Assembly: GCA_963920595.1 (NCBI GenBank)
Contig: OY986947.1
Coordinates: 434,001 to 498,000 of the forward strand
DNA: 64,000 nucleotides
Reading direction: 5' to 3'
Source: Eimeria praecox
Lineage: Eukaryota
The translations under genes and the position numbers were made by a program. The notes under the pieces were generated by a model. It had not been told where the DNA came from. It ran no database searches and was given only the letters and a program-made list of their open reading frames with translations. Shown here one piece after another: positions 25,801 to 40,500 of the stretch. The stretch's first letter is position 1. Every line of letters begins with the position of its first letter.

Positions 25801-28800
25801 ACGCCCTACGCCCAAGCTGCATTACCACATGCTCTTCTTCCTGCGCCGAAGCAGCATCGTGCTGCAGTCTCTTTGCTGCCCGTAGAGAGCATACTACAAA
25901 TCTGTTCGCTGCAGGGCCACCATCCACCTGCTCCAAGCCTCCATCCATGCATCGATCGCTGATGCAGCTTTCCACACACCTCAAAGCTAACGAGAGTTCC
26001 ACAAAACCTGCAACACCATATCCAACGCGAATGCTAGTCAACGCGCTCGCAAAACACCAACCAATCATGCAAACCTCCAACATGCAAATCAAAAGCGACC
26101 TCCCTTGACTTACGCCTCGCCACGCCTGATCTCCCGCCTTTCCCTTCAGATCCTAAACACCATCGACTAGGCATTTTCACCACTGCATATCAATCCAACA
26201 CCAACCAGCACTCACACCCGCCATATTGCAAAGCGTGAAACGTACTACCAAGCACCCACAAGCTCAAGAATACTAGCAGTGTAAACAGAAACATGGCTCC
26301 TGCTTTCCCTAAAACATCACACCACCGCTGACACCTGCCGCGACACACCTCGAATTCATCAGAAACGACGTTAGCGTGCTCATGCGCTCTAAATAATCCC
26401 AACACCTACCTCCTGTATGTAACGCCATCTGCCACTACTCATCACCATGCTAATGCTCCACATCCCCACAGCCACCCCTCAACACTCACCCAGCTCTCCC
26501 ATGCTCATCACGGGCCATGCCGCTCCCCCATCACTTATTGGTGCCAATGATACGCTCGTTTAAGTGCTACCGAGACTTATGTCCCCTACCTGTACTCACC
26601 AGAATGGCGTGGTTGGCTTCTATGCACCATGCCAACGGGGAGCACAAGGACCAAGCGACAACCCGTTGGGCCGCATTCACTAAACGCCATCACATCACAC
26701 CGGGTATTCGCCTGAAACGTCGATGCGACAGGTGCAAGACACACAAAACACTTCTGCACTGTTTATAACCATCCAATCATCACTGGCACGCCCGTCTCAC
26801 TGCCATATGCGACCCTGGTCACGCCGGGACAAAGACGACGCACTTTCTAAGTTAACGAGCGAGTCCCACAGACGTACTCACCTTCAACTCCATCCCCTCA
26901 CGCCCTACGCCCAAGCTGCATTACCACATGCTCTTCTTCCTGCGCCGAAGCAGCATCGTGCTGCAGTCTCTTTGCTGCCCGTAGAGAGCATACTACAAAT
27001 CTGTTCCCTGCAGAGCCACCATCCACCTGCTCCAAGCCTCCATCCATGCATCGATCGCTGATGCAGCTTTCCACACACCTCAAAGCTAACGGGAGTTCCA
27101 CAAAACCTGCAACACCATGTCCAACGCGAATGCTATTCAACGCGCTCGCAAAACACCAACCAGTCATGCAAACCTCCAACATGCAAATCAAAAATGACCT
27201 CCCTTGACTTAGGCCTCGCCACGCCTGATCTCCCGCCTTTCCCTTCAGATCCTAAACACCATCGACTAGGCATTTTCACCACTGCATATCAATCCAACAC
27301 CAACCAGCACTCACACCCGCCCTACTGCTAAGCGTGAAACGTACTACCAAGCACCCACAAGGTCAAGAATACTAGCAGTGTAAACAGAAACATGGCTCCT
27401 GCTTTCCCTAAAACATCACATCACCGCTGACACCTGCCGCGACACACCTCGAATTCATCAGAAGCGACGTTAGCGTGCTCATGCGCTCTAAATAATCCCA
27501 ACACCTACATCCTGTGTGTAACGCCATCTGCTACTACTCATCACCATGCTAATGCTCCACATCCCCACAGCCACCCCTCAACACTCACCCAGCTCTCCCA
27601 TGCTCATCACGGGCCACGCCGCCCCCTCATCACTTATTGGTGCCAATGATGCGCTCGTTTAAGTGCTACCGAGCCTTATGTCCCCTATCTGTACTCACCA
27701 GAATGGCGTGGTTGGCTTCTAGGCACCATGCCAACGGGGAGCACAAGGACCAAGCGACAACCCGTTGGGCCGCATTCACTAAACGCCATCACATCACACC
27801 GGGTATTCGCCTGAAACGTCGATGCGACAGGTGCAAGACACACAAAACACTTCTGCACTGTTTATAACCATCCAATCATCACTGGCACGCCCGTCTCACT
27901 GCCATATGCGACCCTGTTCACGCCGGGACAAAGACGACGCACTTTCTAAGTTAACGAGCGAGTCCCACAGACGTACTCACCTTCCACTCCATCCCCTCAC
28001 GCCCTACGCCCAAGCTGCATTACCACATGCTCTTCTTCCTGCGCCGAAGCAGCATCGTGCTGCAGTATCTTTGCTGCCCGTAGAGAGCATACTACAAATC
28101 TGTTCGCTGCAGGGCCACCATCCACCTGCTCCAAGCCTCCATCCATGCATCGATCGCTGATGCAGCTTTCCACACACCTCAAAGCTAACGAGAGTTCCAC
28201 AAAACCTGCAACACCATGTCCAACGCGAATGCTATTCAACGCGCTCGCAAAACACCAACCAATCATGCAAACCTCCAACATGCAAATCAAAAGCGACCTC
28301 CCTTGACTTAGGCCTCGCCACGCCTGATCTCCCGCCTTTCCCTTCAGATCCTAAACACCATCGACTAGGCATTTTCACCACTGCATATCAATCCAACACC
28401 AACCAGCACTCACACCCGCCCTACTGCTAAGCGTGAAACGTACTACCAAGCACCCACAAGGTCAAGAATACTAGCAGTGTAAACAGAAACATGGCTCCTG
28501 CTTTCCCTAAAACATCACATCACCGCTGACACCTGCTGCGACACACCTCAAATTCATCAGAAACGATGTTAGCGTGCTCATGCGCTCTAAATAATCCCAA
28601 CACCTACCTCCTGTATGTAACGCCATCTGCCACTACTCATCACCATGCTAATGCTCCACATCCCCACAGCCACCCCTCAACACTCACCCAGTTCTCCCAT
28701 GCTCATCACGGGCCACGCCGCTCCCCCATCACTTATTGGTGCCAATGATACGCTCGTTTAAGTGCTACCGAGACTTATGTCCCCTATCTGTACTCACCAG

Positions 28801-31800
28801 AATGGCGTGGTTGGCTTCTAGGCACCATGCCAACGGGGGGCACAAGGACCAAGCGACAACCCGTTGGGCCGCATTCACTAAACGCCATCACATCACACTG
28901 GGTATTCGCCTGAAACGTCGATGCGACAGGTGCAAGACACACAAAACACTTCTGCACTGTTTATAACCATCCAATCATCACTGGCACGCCCGTCTCACTG
29001 CCATATGCGACCCTGTTCACGCCGGGACAAAGACGACGCACTTTCTAAGTTAACGAGCGAGTCCCACAGACGTACTCACCTTCAACGCCATCCCCTCACG
29101 CCCTACGCCCAAGCTGCATTACCACATGCTCTTCTTCCTGCGCCGAAGCAGCATCGTGCTGCAGTATCTTTGCTGCCCGTAGAGAGCATACTAGAAATCT
29201 GTTCGCTGCAGGGCCACCATCCACCTGCTCCAAGCCTCCATCCATGCATCGATCGCTGATGCAGCTTTCCACACACCTCAAAGCTAACGAGAGTTCCACA
29301 AAACCTGCAACACCATGTCCAACGCGAATGCTATTCAACGCGCTCGCAAAACACCAACCAATCATGCAAACCTCCAACATGCAAATCAAAAATGACCTCC
29401 CTTGACTTAGGCCTCGCCGCGCCTGATCTCCCGCCTTTCCCTTCAGATCCTAAACACCATCGACTAGGCATTTTCACCACTGCATATCAATCCAACACCA
29501 GCCAGCACTCACACCCGCCATATTGCAAAGCGTGAAACGTACTACCAAGCACCCACAAGCTCAAGAATACTAGCAGTGTAAACAGAAACATGGCTCCTGC
29601 TTTCCCTAAAACATCACATCACCGCTGACACCTGCCGCGACACACCTCGAATTCATCAGAAACGACGTTAGCGTGCTCATGCGCTCTAAATAATCCCAAC
29701 ACCTACATCCTGTGTGTAACGCCATCTGCCACTACTCATCACCACGCTAATGCTCCACATCCCCACAGCCACCCCTCAACACTCACCCAGCTCTCCCATG
29801 CTCATCACGGGCCACGCCGCCCCCTCATCACTAATTGGTGCCAATGATGCGCTCGTTTAAGTGCTACCGAGACTTATGTCCCCTATCTGTACTCACCAGA
29901 ATGGCGTGGTTGGCTTCTAGGCACCATGCCAACGGGGAGCACAAGGACCAAGCGACAACCCGTTGGGCCGCATTCACTAAACGCCATCACATCACACCGG
30001 GTATTCGCCTGAAACGTCGATGCGACAGGTGCAAGACACACAAAACACTTCTGCACTGTTTATAACCATCCAATCATCACTGGCACGCCCGTCCCACTGT
30101 CATATGCGACCCTGTTCACGCCGGGACAAAGACGACGCACTTTCTAAGTTAACGAGCGAGTCCCACAGACGTACTCACCTTCCATGCCATCCCCTCACGC
30201 CCTACGCCCAAGCTGCATTACCGCATGCTCTTCTTCCTGCGCCGAAGCAGCATCGTGCTGCAGTAGCTCTGCTGCCCATAGAGAGCATACTACAAATCTG
30301 TTCGCTGCAGAGCCACCATCCACCTGCTCTAAGCCTCCATCCATGCATCGATCGCTGATGCAGCTTTCCACACACCTCAAAGCTAACGAGAGTTCCACAA
30401 AACCTGCAACACCATGTCCAACGCGAATGCTATTCAACGCGCTCGCAAAACACCAACCAATCATGCAAACCTCCAACATGCAAATCAAAAATGACCTCCC
30501 TTGACTTAGGCCTCGCCGCGCCTGATCTCCCGCCTTTCCCTTCAGATCCTAAACACCATCGACTAGGCATTTTCACCACTGCATATCAATCCAACACCAA
30601 CCAGCACTCACACCCGCCATATTGCAAAGCGTGAAACGTACTACCAAGCACCCACAAGGTCAAGAATACTAGCAGTGTAAACAGAAACATGGCTCCTGCT
30701 TTCCCTAAAACATCACATCACCGCTGACACCTGCCGCGACACACCTCGAATTCATCAGAAACGACGTTAGCGTGCTCATGCGCTCTAAATAATCCCAACA
30801 CCTACATCCTGTATATAACGCCATCTGCCACTACTCATCACCACGCTAATGCTCCACATCCCCACAGCCACCCCTCAACACTCACCCAGCTCTCCCATGC
30901 TCATCACGGGCCACGCCGCCCCCTCATCACTTATTGGTGCCAATGATGCGCTCGTTTAAGTGCTACCGAGACTTATGTCCCCTATCTGTACTCACCAGAA
31001 TGGCGTGGTTGGCTTCTAGGCACCATGCCAACGGGGAGCACAAGGACCAAGCGACAACCCGTTGGGCCGCATTCACTAAACGCCATCACATCACACCGGG
31101 TATTCGCCTGAAACGTCGATGCGACAGGTGCAAGACACACAAAACACTTCTGCACTGTTTATAACCATCCAATCATCACTGGCACGCCCGTCCCACTGTC
31201 ATATGCGACCCTGTTCACGCCGGGACAAAGACGACGCACTTTCTAAGTTAACGAGCGAGTCCCACAGACGTACTCACCTTCCATGCCATCCCCTCACGCC
31301 CTACGCCCAAGCTGCATTACCGAATGCTCTTCTTCCTGCGCCGAAGCAGCATCGTGCTGCAGTAGCTCTGCTGCCCATAGAGAGCATACTACAAATCTGT
31401 TCGCTGCAGAGCCACCATCCACCTGCTCTAAGCCTCCATCCATGCATCGATCGCTGATGCAGCTTTCCACACACCTCAAAGCTAACGAGAGTTCCACAAA
31501 ACCTGCAACACCATGTCCAACGCGAATGCTATTCAACGCGCTCGCAAAACACCAACCAATCATGCAAACCTCCAACATGCAAATCAAAAATGACCTCCCT
31601 TGACTTAGGCCTCGCCACGCCTGATCTCCCGCCTTTCCCTTCAGATCCTAAACACCATCGACTAGGCATTTTCACCACTGCATATCAATCCAACACCAAC
31701 CAGCACTCACACCCGCCATATTGCAAAGCGTGAAACGTACTACCAAGCACCCACAAGGTCAAGAATACTAGCAGTGTAAACAGAAACATGGCTCCTGCTT

Positions 31801-32838
31801 TCCCTAAAACATCACACCACCGCTGACACCTGCCGCGACACACCTCGAATTCATCAGAAACGACGTTAGCGTGCTCATGCGCTCTAAATAATCCCAACAC
31901 CTACATCCTGTGTGTAACGCCATCTGCTACTACTCATCACCATGCTAATGCTCCACATCCCCACAGCCACCCCTCAACACTCACCCAGTTCTCCCATGCT
32001 CATCACGGGCCACGCCGCTCCCTCATCACTTATTGGTGCCAATGATACGCTCGTTTAAGTGCTACCGAGACTTATGTCCCCTATCTGTACTCACCAGAAT
32101 GGCGTGGTTGGCTTCTAGGCACCATGCCAACGGGGGGCACAAGGACCAAGCGACAACCCGTTGGGCCGCATTCACTAAACGCCATCACATCACACCGGGT
32201 ATTCGCCTGAAACGTCGATGCGACAGGTGCAAGACACACAAAACACTTCTGCACTGTTTATAACCATCCAATCATCACTGGCACGCCCGTCCCACTGTCA
32301 TATGCGACCCTGTTCACGCCGGGACAAAGACGACGCACTTTCTAAGTTAACGAGCGAGTCCCACAGACGTACTCACCTTCAACGCCATCCCCTCACGCCC
32401 TACGCCCAAGCTGCATTACCACATGCTCTTCTTCCTGCGCCGAAGCAGCATCGTGCTGCAGTATCTTTGCTGCCCGTAGAGAGCATACTACAAATCTGTT
32501 CGCTGCAGGGCCACCATCCACCTGCTCCAAGCCTCCATCCATGCATCGATCGCTGATGCAGCTTTCCACACACCTCAAAGCTAACGAGAGTTCCACAAAA
32601 CCTGCAACACCATGTCCAACGCGAATGCTATTCAACGCGCTCGCAAAACACCAACCAATCATGCAAACCTCCAACATGCAAATCAAAAACGACCTCCCTT
32701 GACTTAGGCCTCGCCACGCCTGATCTCCGGCCTTTCCCTTCAGATCCCAAACACCATCGACTAGGCATTTTCACCACTGCATATCAATCCAACACTAACC
32801 AGCACCCACACTCGCTCTATTGCAAAGTGTGAAGCGTA
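13847..32838. repeat. Macrosatellite X: head-to-tail array of 1,099-bp units, ~17.3 copies
   Basis: The landmark AGCCTCCATCCATGCATCGATCG recurs at 13847+1099n up to 32530. ORF-track coordinates repeat at exactly 1099. The differences seen between units are substitutions. Confidence 0.99.
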
Positions 32839-34000
32839 TATGCCACCGCGTCGCGGTGAGATGGGCTGGAAGTTTAGATGCACACAACGATGCTGAGATA
32901 AATGACACAGTTTGCGCAGGTGTCGCAGCAGGGCAGAACCTGGGCTTTCGCGGTACGTGCATGCAGCCAAACGTGCACTCTTCATTGCTATCATGCTGTG
33001 ACACTGAAAAAGCAAAGCTGTGTGCAGCGCTCCCTTCCTTCTAACGTATTGCAGCCCCCCTCATCTCTCGCGTGCAGCACGTACGCCGCCACGATGTGCT
33101 TTGGGCAGCTTATACACTGTCTCCAACTTGGCAAAAAAATATCGTCCCGCTTTTTGCCTTCCACCTCGACATTCAAAGCGCTCGCCGTCTGCGAGTAATC
33201 ACATTTCCCTCAACTCAAACCAAGGCAACTCTGCACTTTCTCCTCAACCACGCGTCAGCAGGCCCTTGGCTCTCTCCATTCACTTAAGAGATGCCTGCTC
33301 AGAATTCAGGCAACTCTTGGGCAGCAGGCACCAATTGTCGTCACACCGCACCTATCAAGCACCCACAAGGTCAGGAATACTAGCAACGCAAGCGTGCACG
33401 TGATTCCCCACTTTTCTGAAGCATGATGGCAGCCCAGCTGCCTCGCAGATATTTCAAAGGCTCTTAGTGTCCGACTGTTCTTAATGCATGCATTTTGCGC
33501 ACACCGAAACTGTAAAATACCCCTGGCTACGCTGTTTTACCACATCCCCACAGCCACCCGTCAGCACTCACCCAGCTCTCCCATGCTCATCACGGGCCTC
33601 GCCGCTCCCTCATCACTTATTGGTGCCAATGATACGCTCGTTTAAGTGCTACCGAGACTTCCGTCCCATATCTGTGCCCGCCAGAATGGCGTGGTTGGCT
33701 TCTAGGCACCAAGCCCACGGGTAGCACAAGCACCAAGCGGCAGGCCGTTGGGGCGCATTCACCAAACGCCAACACATCACATCGGGTCTTCGGCGCCATA
33801 GGCTCAAGGCATACCAAACAGTTCTGAGGTGTTCCAAAAGACCTAAGAGCCATATGCACTGATGCAACACTACCCATGATTGCCCCTGCGCATGTAGGGT
33901 TAAAGCAACCACACTTTCTAAGTTAAAGAGCGATTCTCACAGGTGCCGTCGCCTTCCACATCATCCCCTCACGCCCTACGCCCAGCCGGCATTACAACAA
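32530..34000. repeat. Terminal long-form X monomer carrying an extra 513-bp segment (32839-33351)
   Basis: The array junction GTGAAACGTA|CTACCAAGCACCCAC is split here into GTGAAGCGTA (32829-32838) and CTATCAAGCACCCAC (from 33352). Confidence 0.9.
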
Positions 34001-34049
34001 GCCCTTAGCATGCTAAATAAAACTGTGTAGTGGCGTTCACCGCCCTCTG

Positions 34050-35100
34050 AGATTATAGGAGTTCGTACCCAGCAGAAACACCGTTTTGTGAACGCAAACG
34101 TTCTCATGTGCCCCAGTGGCTAATCGACCTTTCTGTTCACCGACGTGGGTACTTTAACTGGACAAAACCTGCATTTGGTTCGTCTCAACAGCTGCAAACG
34201 GCACATCATGCCTGGCCTGCCAAAGAGAATTCCGAGTAACATCGAGTAGGCTAGCAAAGCCAACAGCACGGGCGAACCACATCTCATTAGTGCATCCGTA
34301 AACCCAGTATCTCTTAGCAGCTTCAGTGCCTGGCGGTGGCTGCAACGGCAGGCACCGGGGTCAGCAGAATCCTTACGATTGCACCAAAATGAGTCAGCTG
34401 TAGAAACGATTCTGCGCAGCATGCATCCCAGTGCCCGACCCATATTCACAGAGTTGCTGTGAACACAAAGTCTATTGTGGATTTTTCCGTCACCTTGCAG
34501 GTTCGCATGACGGGATTTGCCCTTATCCAGCATGTCGGGAACCATGTGCTCAATGCCGTCAGCGCGTAACGCTAACATGTTTTTGTTGCACTTCGCGTGC
34601 AGCCTGCACGCACAAACTGTGCAGTGATCATGCGACTGCGCTAACGAGCTGCCCACCTGAGCGTGAAGGCTAGCAAGAATTAGAGTGCATTGTAGCGCTA
34701 TAGGCAAAAACTAAGTGAATCGCCGTCAGGTCTTACCAGGCCCAGCAACACTGTCACGCAAAGCGCCGAGCGAAAGCCTTGGGCGCTGCGTGCGACCAAT
34801 GCTTGCAGCACCATCCAGGTCTCTCTATTCGCCCCACACCAAGCGTTGCAGCCATCTCCGTCGAGAGTGGCAAACCATCAATACCTGCCGCTTCCAAACT
34901 ACAAGGTTGTGCGATGCACACAAACAAGCTTGGCCATCTAATCAAAAAGTGCCCCATGCACGCTCGCGATACGCAGGTTGCACCAATTGATGCCAAATTA
35001 AACGAGGACTCACGCATTACCGGATTGCCCCTCTGAGCGTAACGGCTAGCAGGCATTAGAAGGCATAGTAGAGCTGTAGGCAAAAGGATCATCTCCGCTC
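34050..35100. repeat. Module C (homologous to ~56600-57800), with an internal ~60-bp motif repeated ~375 bp apart
   Basis: 34490 TCACCTTGCAGGTTCGCATGACGGG vs 57028 TCACCCTGCAGGTTCGCGCGAAGGG. The GAGCGT.A.GGCTAGCA...TTAGA motif occurs at ~34659, ~35035 and ~57445. Confidence 0.85.
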
Positions 35101-37454
35101 GATGGCTCCTTCACTGCACTCGCTAGCTAGGCCATACACCAGCACTGCCAGAAGGACACGCTTGCACACGCATACACCGGGATGCACACACAGAAACATA
35201 CAAATACATTAGCACCGCATTTCAAATGCATCATGCCTGCGCGATATACGAGACTCCTAAAACACTGCTTAGGCGTACCCTCCTGTAAACGCTCGAACGT
35301 GGCTCTCCATTTAAGCGCGTGGCCATTTTCCATCTTGCCAAAAGGCTGCAACACAAAACGCACTATCAATAAAGTCGCTTTCCCCAAGTCTGCCCTGCCA
35401 CCAGCATGTAGGTTCAAGGCCTCAACACCATGTTCCATCGCGGAACAGCCTCCTCTCCAGCTGCACCCTCAGTCATCTCTTCCTTACAGCAAACATCAAA
35501 TTTATGACTGCCTACTTCATGAAGTTCGTACGCCTCTATTCACTTTGAGAACACCGAATCGTTATCGTGAGTGCTCTAGCCTACGCTCGCAAAGCCACAA
35601 GATCGCACTATCGACAGCTCTGATACCCTGCACCAAGTGCGCTGACACGAGCGTCAGCGCGCATTTGGCGGTACCCTGTGCAGCACCAACTCTTCCCAAA
35701 CCCAGATGAGCAGCACAAGCAACCTCGCCGCATTTGCTTAGTCGCTCAGGCCTGTGCCAAATGCGTAGAAAGAGCGGCATCAGCCTTTCGCCTGGATCTA
35801 CAAGCCATCGCTTCTACTGAAGGCAAAGGCGCAGAGTATGCACGCACTAGCTAAAAGAGAAGCTATCTGCTTCTTTGTGTCACCCCATCCGGCATGCTTA
35901 ACATTCGCTTGCACCGCCGTAATCTTGATAATTAATTATACTAAGTGCTCCACGCAATGCGTGAACTCCCGTGAAGGTGATGACCACGGAGTTAGCAATT
36001 TTTTTTGCAGAGGCCGGCGTTCTGGACATGCCATCTGCATTCTGTAGAAGACAGGGTGTCGTACGCTCTGCTTCAGAACATACTGGCACTTGGCATGGAG
36101 TGGAAAAATGGCGCCAGTCTGTTTGGCATCCCCTACTTTCAAGGGACGAGACTGTCATTCCTAACCGCTAGACTCTGCAAATCTTGACCCCGAAGGGATT
36201 GCCAGCATTCACTAGGGCGCAGCCAAATATATTTATCACCTTCCGGTTCTCTGCAATTGAGAACCGCTGTTTAAGACTCTACATATGCGTACAAGAAGAC
36301 ATTGCAGCTTAGACAGCGCATGGCCCGTCAGAGACCGAACGTGTCCCGTCTGCCCTTCCGCCGCACCGTTTGGAGGAAAGCGCATGCTAAATCTGCATAT
36401 CATCCCAAGTTCTTGCAGCAGAATTGCTGGGCACAAAACGCCATACAGAATCAGCAACCCTTCACTACTGAATACTCCAGGACTACTCTACGAAGCATCA
36501 GCTCAACCGGCTGAGCGGCATCCAGCATGGTAGATATAAGCACCCAGACAAACTACATTATCATTCATCTACTCGCTCCAGCCCAGCTACTCGCATTGCC
36601 ACACCATGCGCCACAAAGGCCGCTTATAATCCACATGCACTGCTAACAACCAGTTGGGTACGTCTGCCGCGCATCTGCCTAGGCCTTCGAAGCTACAGCT
36701 GCTCTCTGCCGACGGCTCCAGTCTCTTGCACGGAGTGCTTGCACGCGACTCTCAAGCATGACATGCAGTGCTACTCATTTCATTGTAAGGGTGACCCACT
36801 ATACTGAACCTAACATGCGCGTTCCCTGGTTTGGCTTGACGCGAATTTGCAACAGCGAACATCGCGTGCCCGTCTACTGATCCCCTCGGCCTCATCGCTT
36901 TGGAGACAGGCGCATGGTATATATATGCGCACTGTCTGAAAAAAAGCAAATGGCGTGTTGCGTCAATGCCCTAGCAATTCAACACTTGATAGCACTCGCT
37001 GCAGTGTAGTTGTTCTTGAATTGCCTCGACGCAACAACATTTCGTGCTGGACGTTTCGACGCTGGCAGGCTTACTCAGCGTGCTTTGGTGCTCCTCAGTA
37101 ATACCAGCATAGCGTGCCTCCACTAGCGCGTCCACGCGTGCCTAGTCTATGAGTACGAGTTCTGAAATCTTTAGAGCAGGCCACAGTGCTTTGGCCAAAT
37201 ATGCTCTGCACGCCACTAGGCAAGCAACACTCTGCACCCAGCACGCACAACAGCCTGCACGCATATAAAGGTTTCATACGCATTCACGCAGAGCATTCCT
37301 CTGTGAAGATCCTGGCCGCCCTTACTCTAAATGTGAAACAACCGCCTAAGCGCCAGAGCAGCCACTGGCGTCCAATAACGCATTGAGGAATCATCTTGGC
37401 GTGGTGGCCCCCACCTTGGACAGCGCGGTTAAGAAATACACAGGTGCGTCCAGA

Positions 37455-37500
37455 ACACACGAACACACGCACACACACACACACGCACACGCACACACAC

Positions 37501-37535
<35 letters not shown>
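37455..37535. repeat. (CA)n/(CACG) microsatellite
   Basis: Directly visible. Confidence 0.97.
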
Positions 37536-37541
<6 letters not shown>

Positions 37542-40500
37542 CGCATACAAATAAGTCAGCAGTACATTTCAAATGTATCGTGCCTGCGCAATAAACGAGA
37601 CGCCAGAAACGCTGCTTAAGCGTACCCTCCTGTAAACGCTCGAACGTGGCTCTCCATTTAAGCGCGTGGCCATTTTCCATCTTGCCAAAAGGCTGCAACA
37701 CAAAACGCACTATCAATAAAGTCGCTTTCCTCAAGCCTGCCCTGCCAGCAGCATATAGATTCAAGGCTCAACCCCATGTTTCATCGCAGAACAGCCCCCA
37801 CTCCAGCTGCATGTTCAGCCGGCTCTTCCTTACACCAAACATCAAATTTATCGCTGCTTACTTCATAAACTCCATGAGCCTCTATTCACTTTGAGAACAT
37901 CGATTCATTATCTCGGTAGTTTAGCCTACGCTCGCAAAGGCACAAGACCTTGCGGTTGAGAGATGTGACGCCCTCCACCAAGTATGTTGGCATACGTAAG
38001 CACGTGCTTGTCGGCACCCTGTGCAGAGCGAGCTATCACCAATCCTCGTTCAGAAACATACGCAGACTCACCGTATGTGTGCGATCGCTTCGACCAGAAC
38101 TAAAATAAAACAAAAAGCGGCACGCGGCTCTTTCCAGCACATATAGGGGTTCTCTGCTACTGAAGGCAACAGCGCCGAGTATGCACTCACTAGCTAACAG
38201 GCAAGCTAGTTACCTCTGTGCTGCAGATGTGAAGTCCATGACAAAACTTGCTGCGACTTCACCATGCTGTGGCGAGCGGCATCCAAAGATAAGGCAAAAC
38301 TAGCTTCCACCGCTTGTCCTTGTGTTCTTACCTTCATCGCCCACGCTATGTCCAACGCCTACTCCCACCATGACAGTCTTTTAAATTGATTAGGTTGAAT
38401 GAAAAGCCAAACCGTTATTGGGTGGATGAGCCAGCTGAGCATCTAACCTGTTTTCTGATCTAAAGGGTGCAGACACCTTGTAATATTATGCTATCCTAGT
38501 GTCACCCACGGATTTTCTCATGCACTAGAACTACCCAGCAACTTCCTCCCACCACATGAGGAAAATGCCCACACAAGTGCAAGCTCTTTTGCTGCTCACA
38601 GCCATGTAATGCATCTCGCTTAGTCATGCTCTAGAGGTGCCAACCCAACGCCCTACCCTAAGCACAATAGCGTGGCACAGGCCCCCATCCTGACGGTGCA
38701 CTAGCCGTGCTTTTTGCTGGTGGGGAAGGGTGACGCTCAAAGTCACTACGCTGGAGCAGGCGTCACTTCGTTCCCTTAATGCAGCAAGCGCAAATGCAAG
38801 AAATACAAGCACTCTGCTTAGACCAACCGAAACGATTCACGCATTCCTAGTTTAGCTCAGTCATGGACAGGCTCTGCTACAGAGAGGGCGCTGATGGCTC
38901 TACTGCTTCACTCAAACCAGCACAACTAATGCCACGGGCCGTCCAATCTACTGCGAATCGTTGCGCAGGTTCATCTTGCTCACACGCAGAGCCGTGCAGA
39001 TCCACGTTGGCATCTTTGCGCGTTCCACTGATACTACGCACGGAAGAAAACCCGGAAGCTTCAACAACTAATAGTGCAGCGCAGAGTGCTTGGTAACGCT
39101 GAGCCGTCTCATGCATCAAAGGGCGAGTGCTCGTACACTCTGGCATCGCAGAATCCAACGCTTTCCAAGCCACAAAAATCATGTGCCCACCCCACCAGCA
39201 TCTGCAAAGTGCGACAGCTGATCTTGGCAGTGATTAAGCGGCAATCCAAAGCAGTCAGTGCTTCTTCTGCCGTTCTCGTGCTCTGCATCGTTTGGCCTGT
39301 GCTAATTCCACCCACACAAGCATGATATTCACGCGCACACGCTTTAGAGTATCCGAGCAAATTTAGGCATTGCTGCAGTAAAGCATTTCACTAAAACAGC
39401 TGCTGCACTAACAGCGCTGCGCTCCAGCAACTTCTAAAGCAGCAGAGGAACAATGCACACCTTGCAATGCACGCTACGCCACCCGCATCGGAGCCGTGCG
39501 CATGGTAAACGCACGCCTGTGCGAAAGCATGCACCTCCACGCTGATCTACAATATTCTGCCCAGGTCATATATGCTACAAAAACAGTTTCGTACGCTCTG
39601 CTCCAGAAGGACGGGGCGCTGGCGTTTTCTCGAACTCACGGCAGTTCCCTTGCCATCCTACTTCCCAGAAGCGCACCTGTTCTTCCCAGTCACTCGAGGA
39701 TGCCGGTATGCGAACCACCGGGCCCCCAGAATTCACCACGGCGCAGGCGCAGGGATATATGCTGCGCCGTGTGTTGGTGCTTTGCATTCGCCATGCACTG
39801 GTGAACCCTCTACGTATGAATGAACGCAGACTTTGCAGCTTGAACATCCCATATGCACGCAGAGAAACACGTTGTATCGTACGCCTTTCTGCCTCTCTGT
39901 TTGGTCGAAAGCGCATGCTAAACCTGCATATCACCCCAAACCCGAAGAGCAACTCCCTTTATAGAAGCAACAGACCTCCACCCGCAAAATGCTAGAACAA
40001 TATAGAAGCATCGGCGCACGCGAAACTGAGCGATATCTAGCATAGCCGTAGCGGCAGCCCACCAAGCTGCGCCACTAGCCGTGTACTGTGCTGAGAGGAG
40101 CTACTGGCACTACCACAGCAGGCGCCACAAAGGTCGCTTAGAATCCATTTGCCCTGTCAAGAGCCAGTTGTGTGTTTTTGCCGCACATCTAACTAGGTAG
40201 CCGAAGCTACAGCCGCTCTGCATCGACGGTTCCAGGCTCTTGCACACAGTGCTTAAACGCGCTTCTCGAGCTCTGCATACAGCATTCCTCATGTGCTACC
40301 GCTAGGGTGACGCAAAACAATCAGCCCACCAAGCGTGTCTCCCACTTTGGCCCATCATGAAAGCGTGGCAAAGAACATCGCTTATCCGCAGAGTAGTGAT
40401 TCCTTATATCTCTCCCCTTTCAGGACGCAAACAGATATGCTATAGGCGCACTTCCTAAACGGCAAGCGGTGCGTTACGTAGCGGTGCAGTACCCTGTAGC

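Noticed and set aside
14279..32686. Recurrent 60-112 aa ORFs in the 1,099-bp units as a tandem gene family
   Set aside because: They overlap on both strands and have no recognisable domain. Their H/P/T/C-rich composition follows the base skew, many variants change amino acids, and start and stop codons come and go between units.
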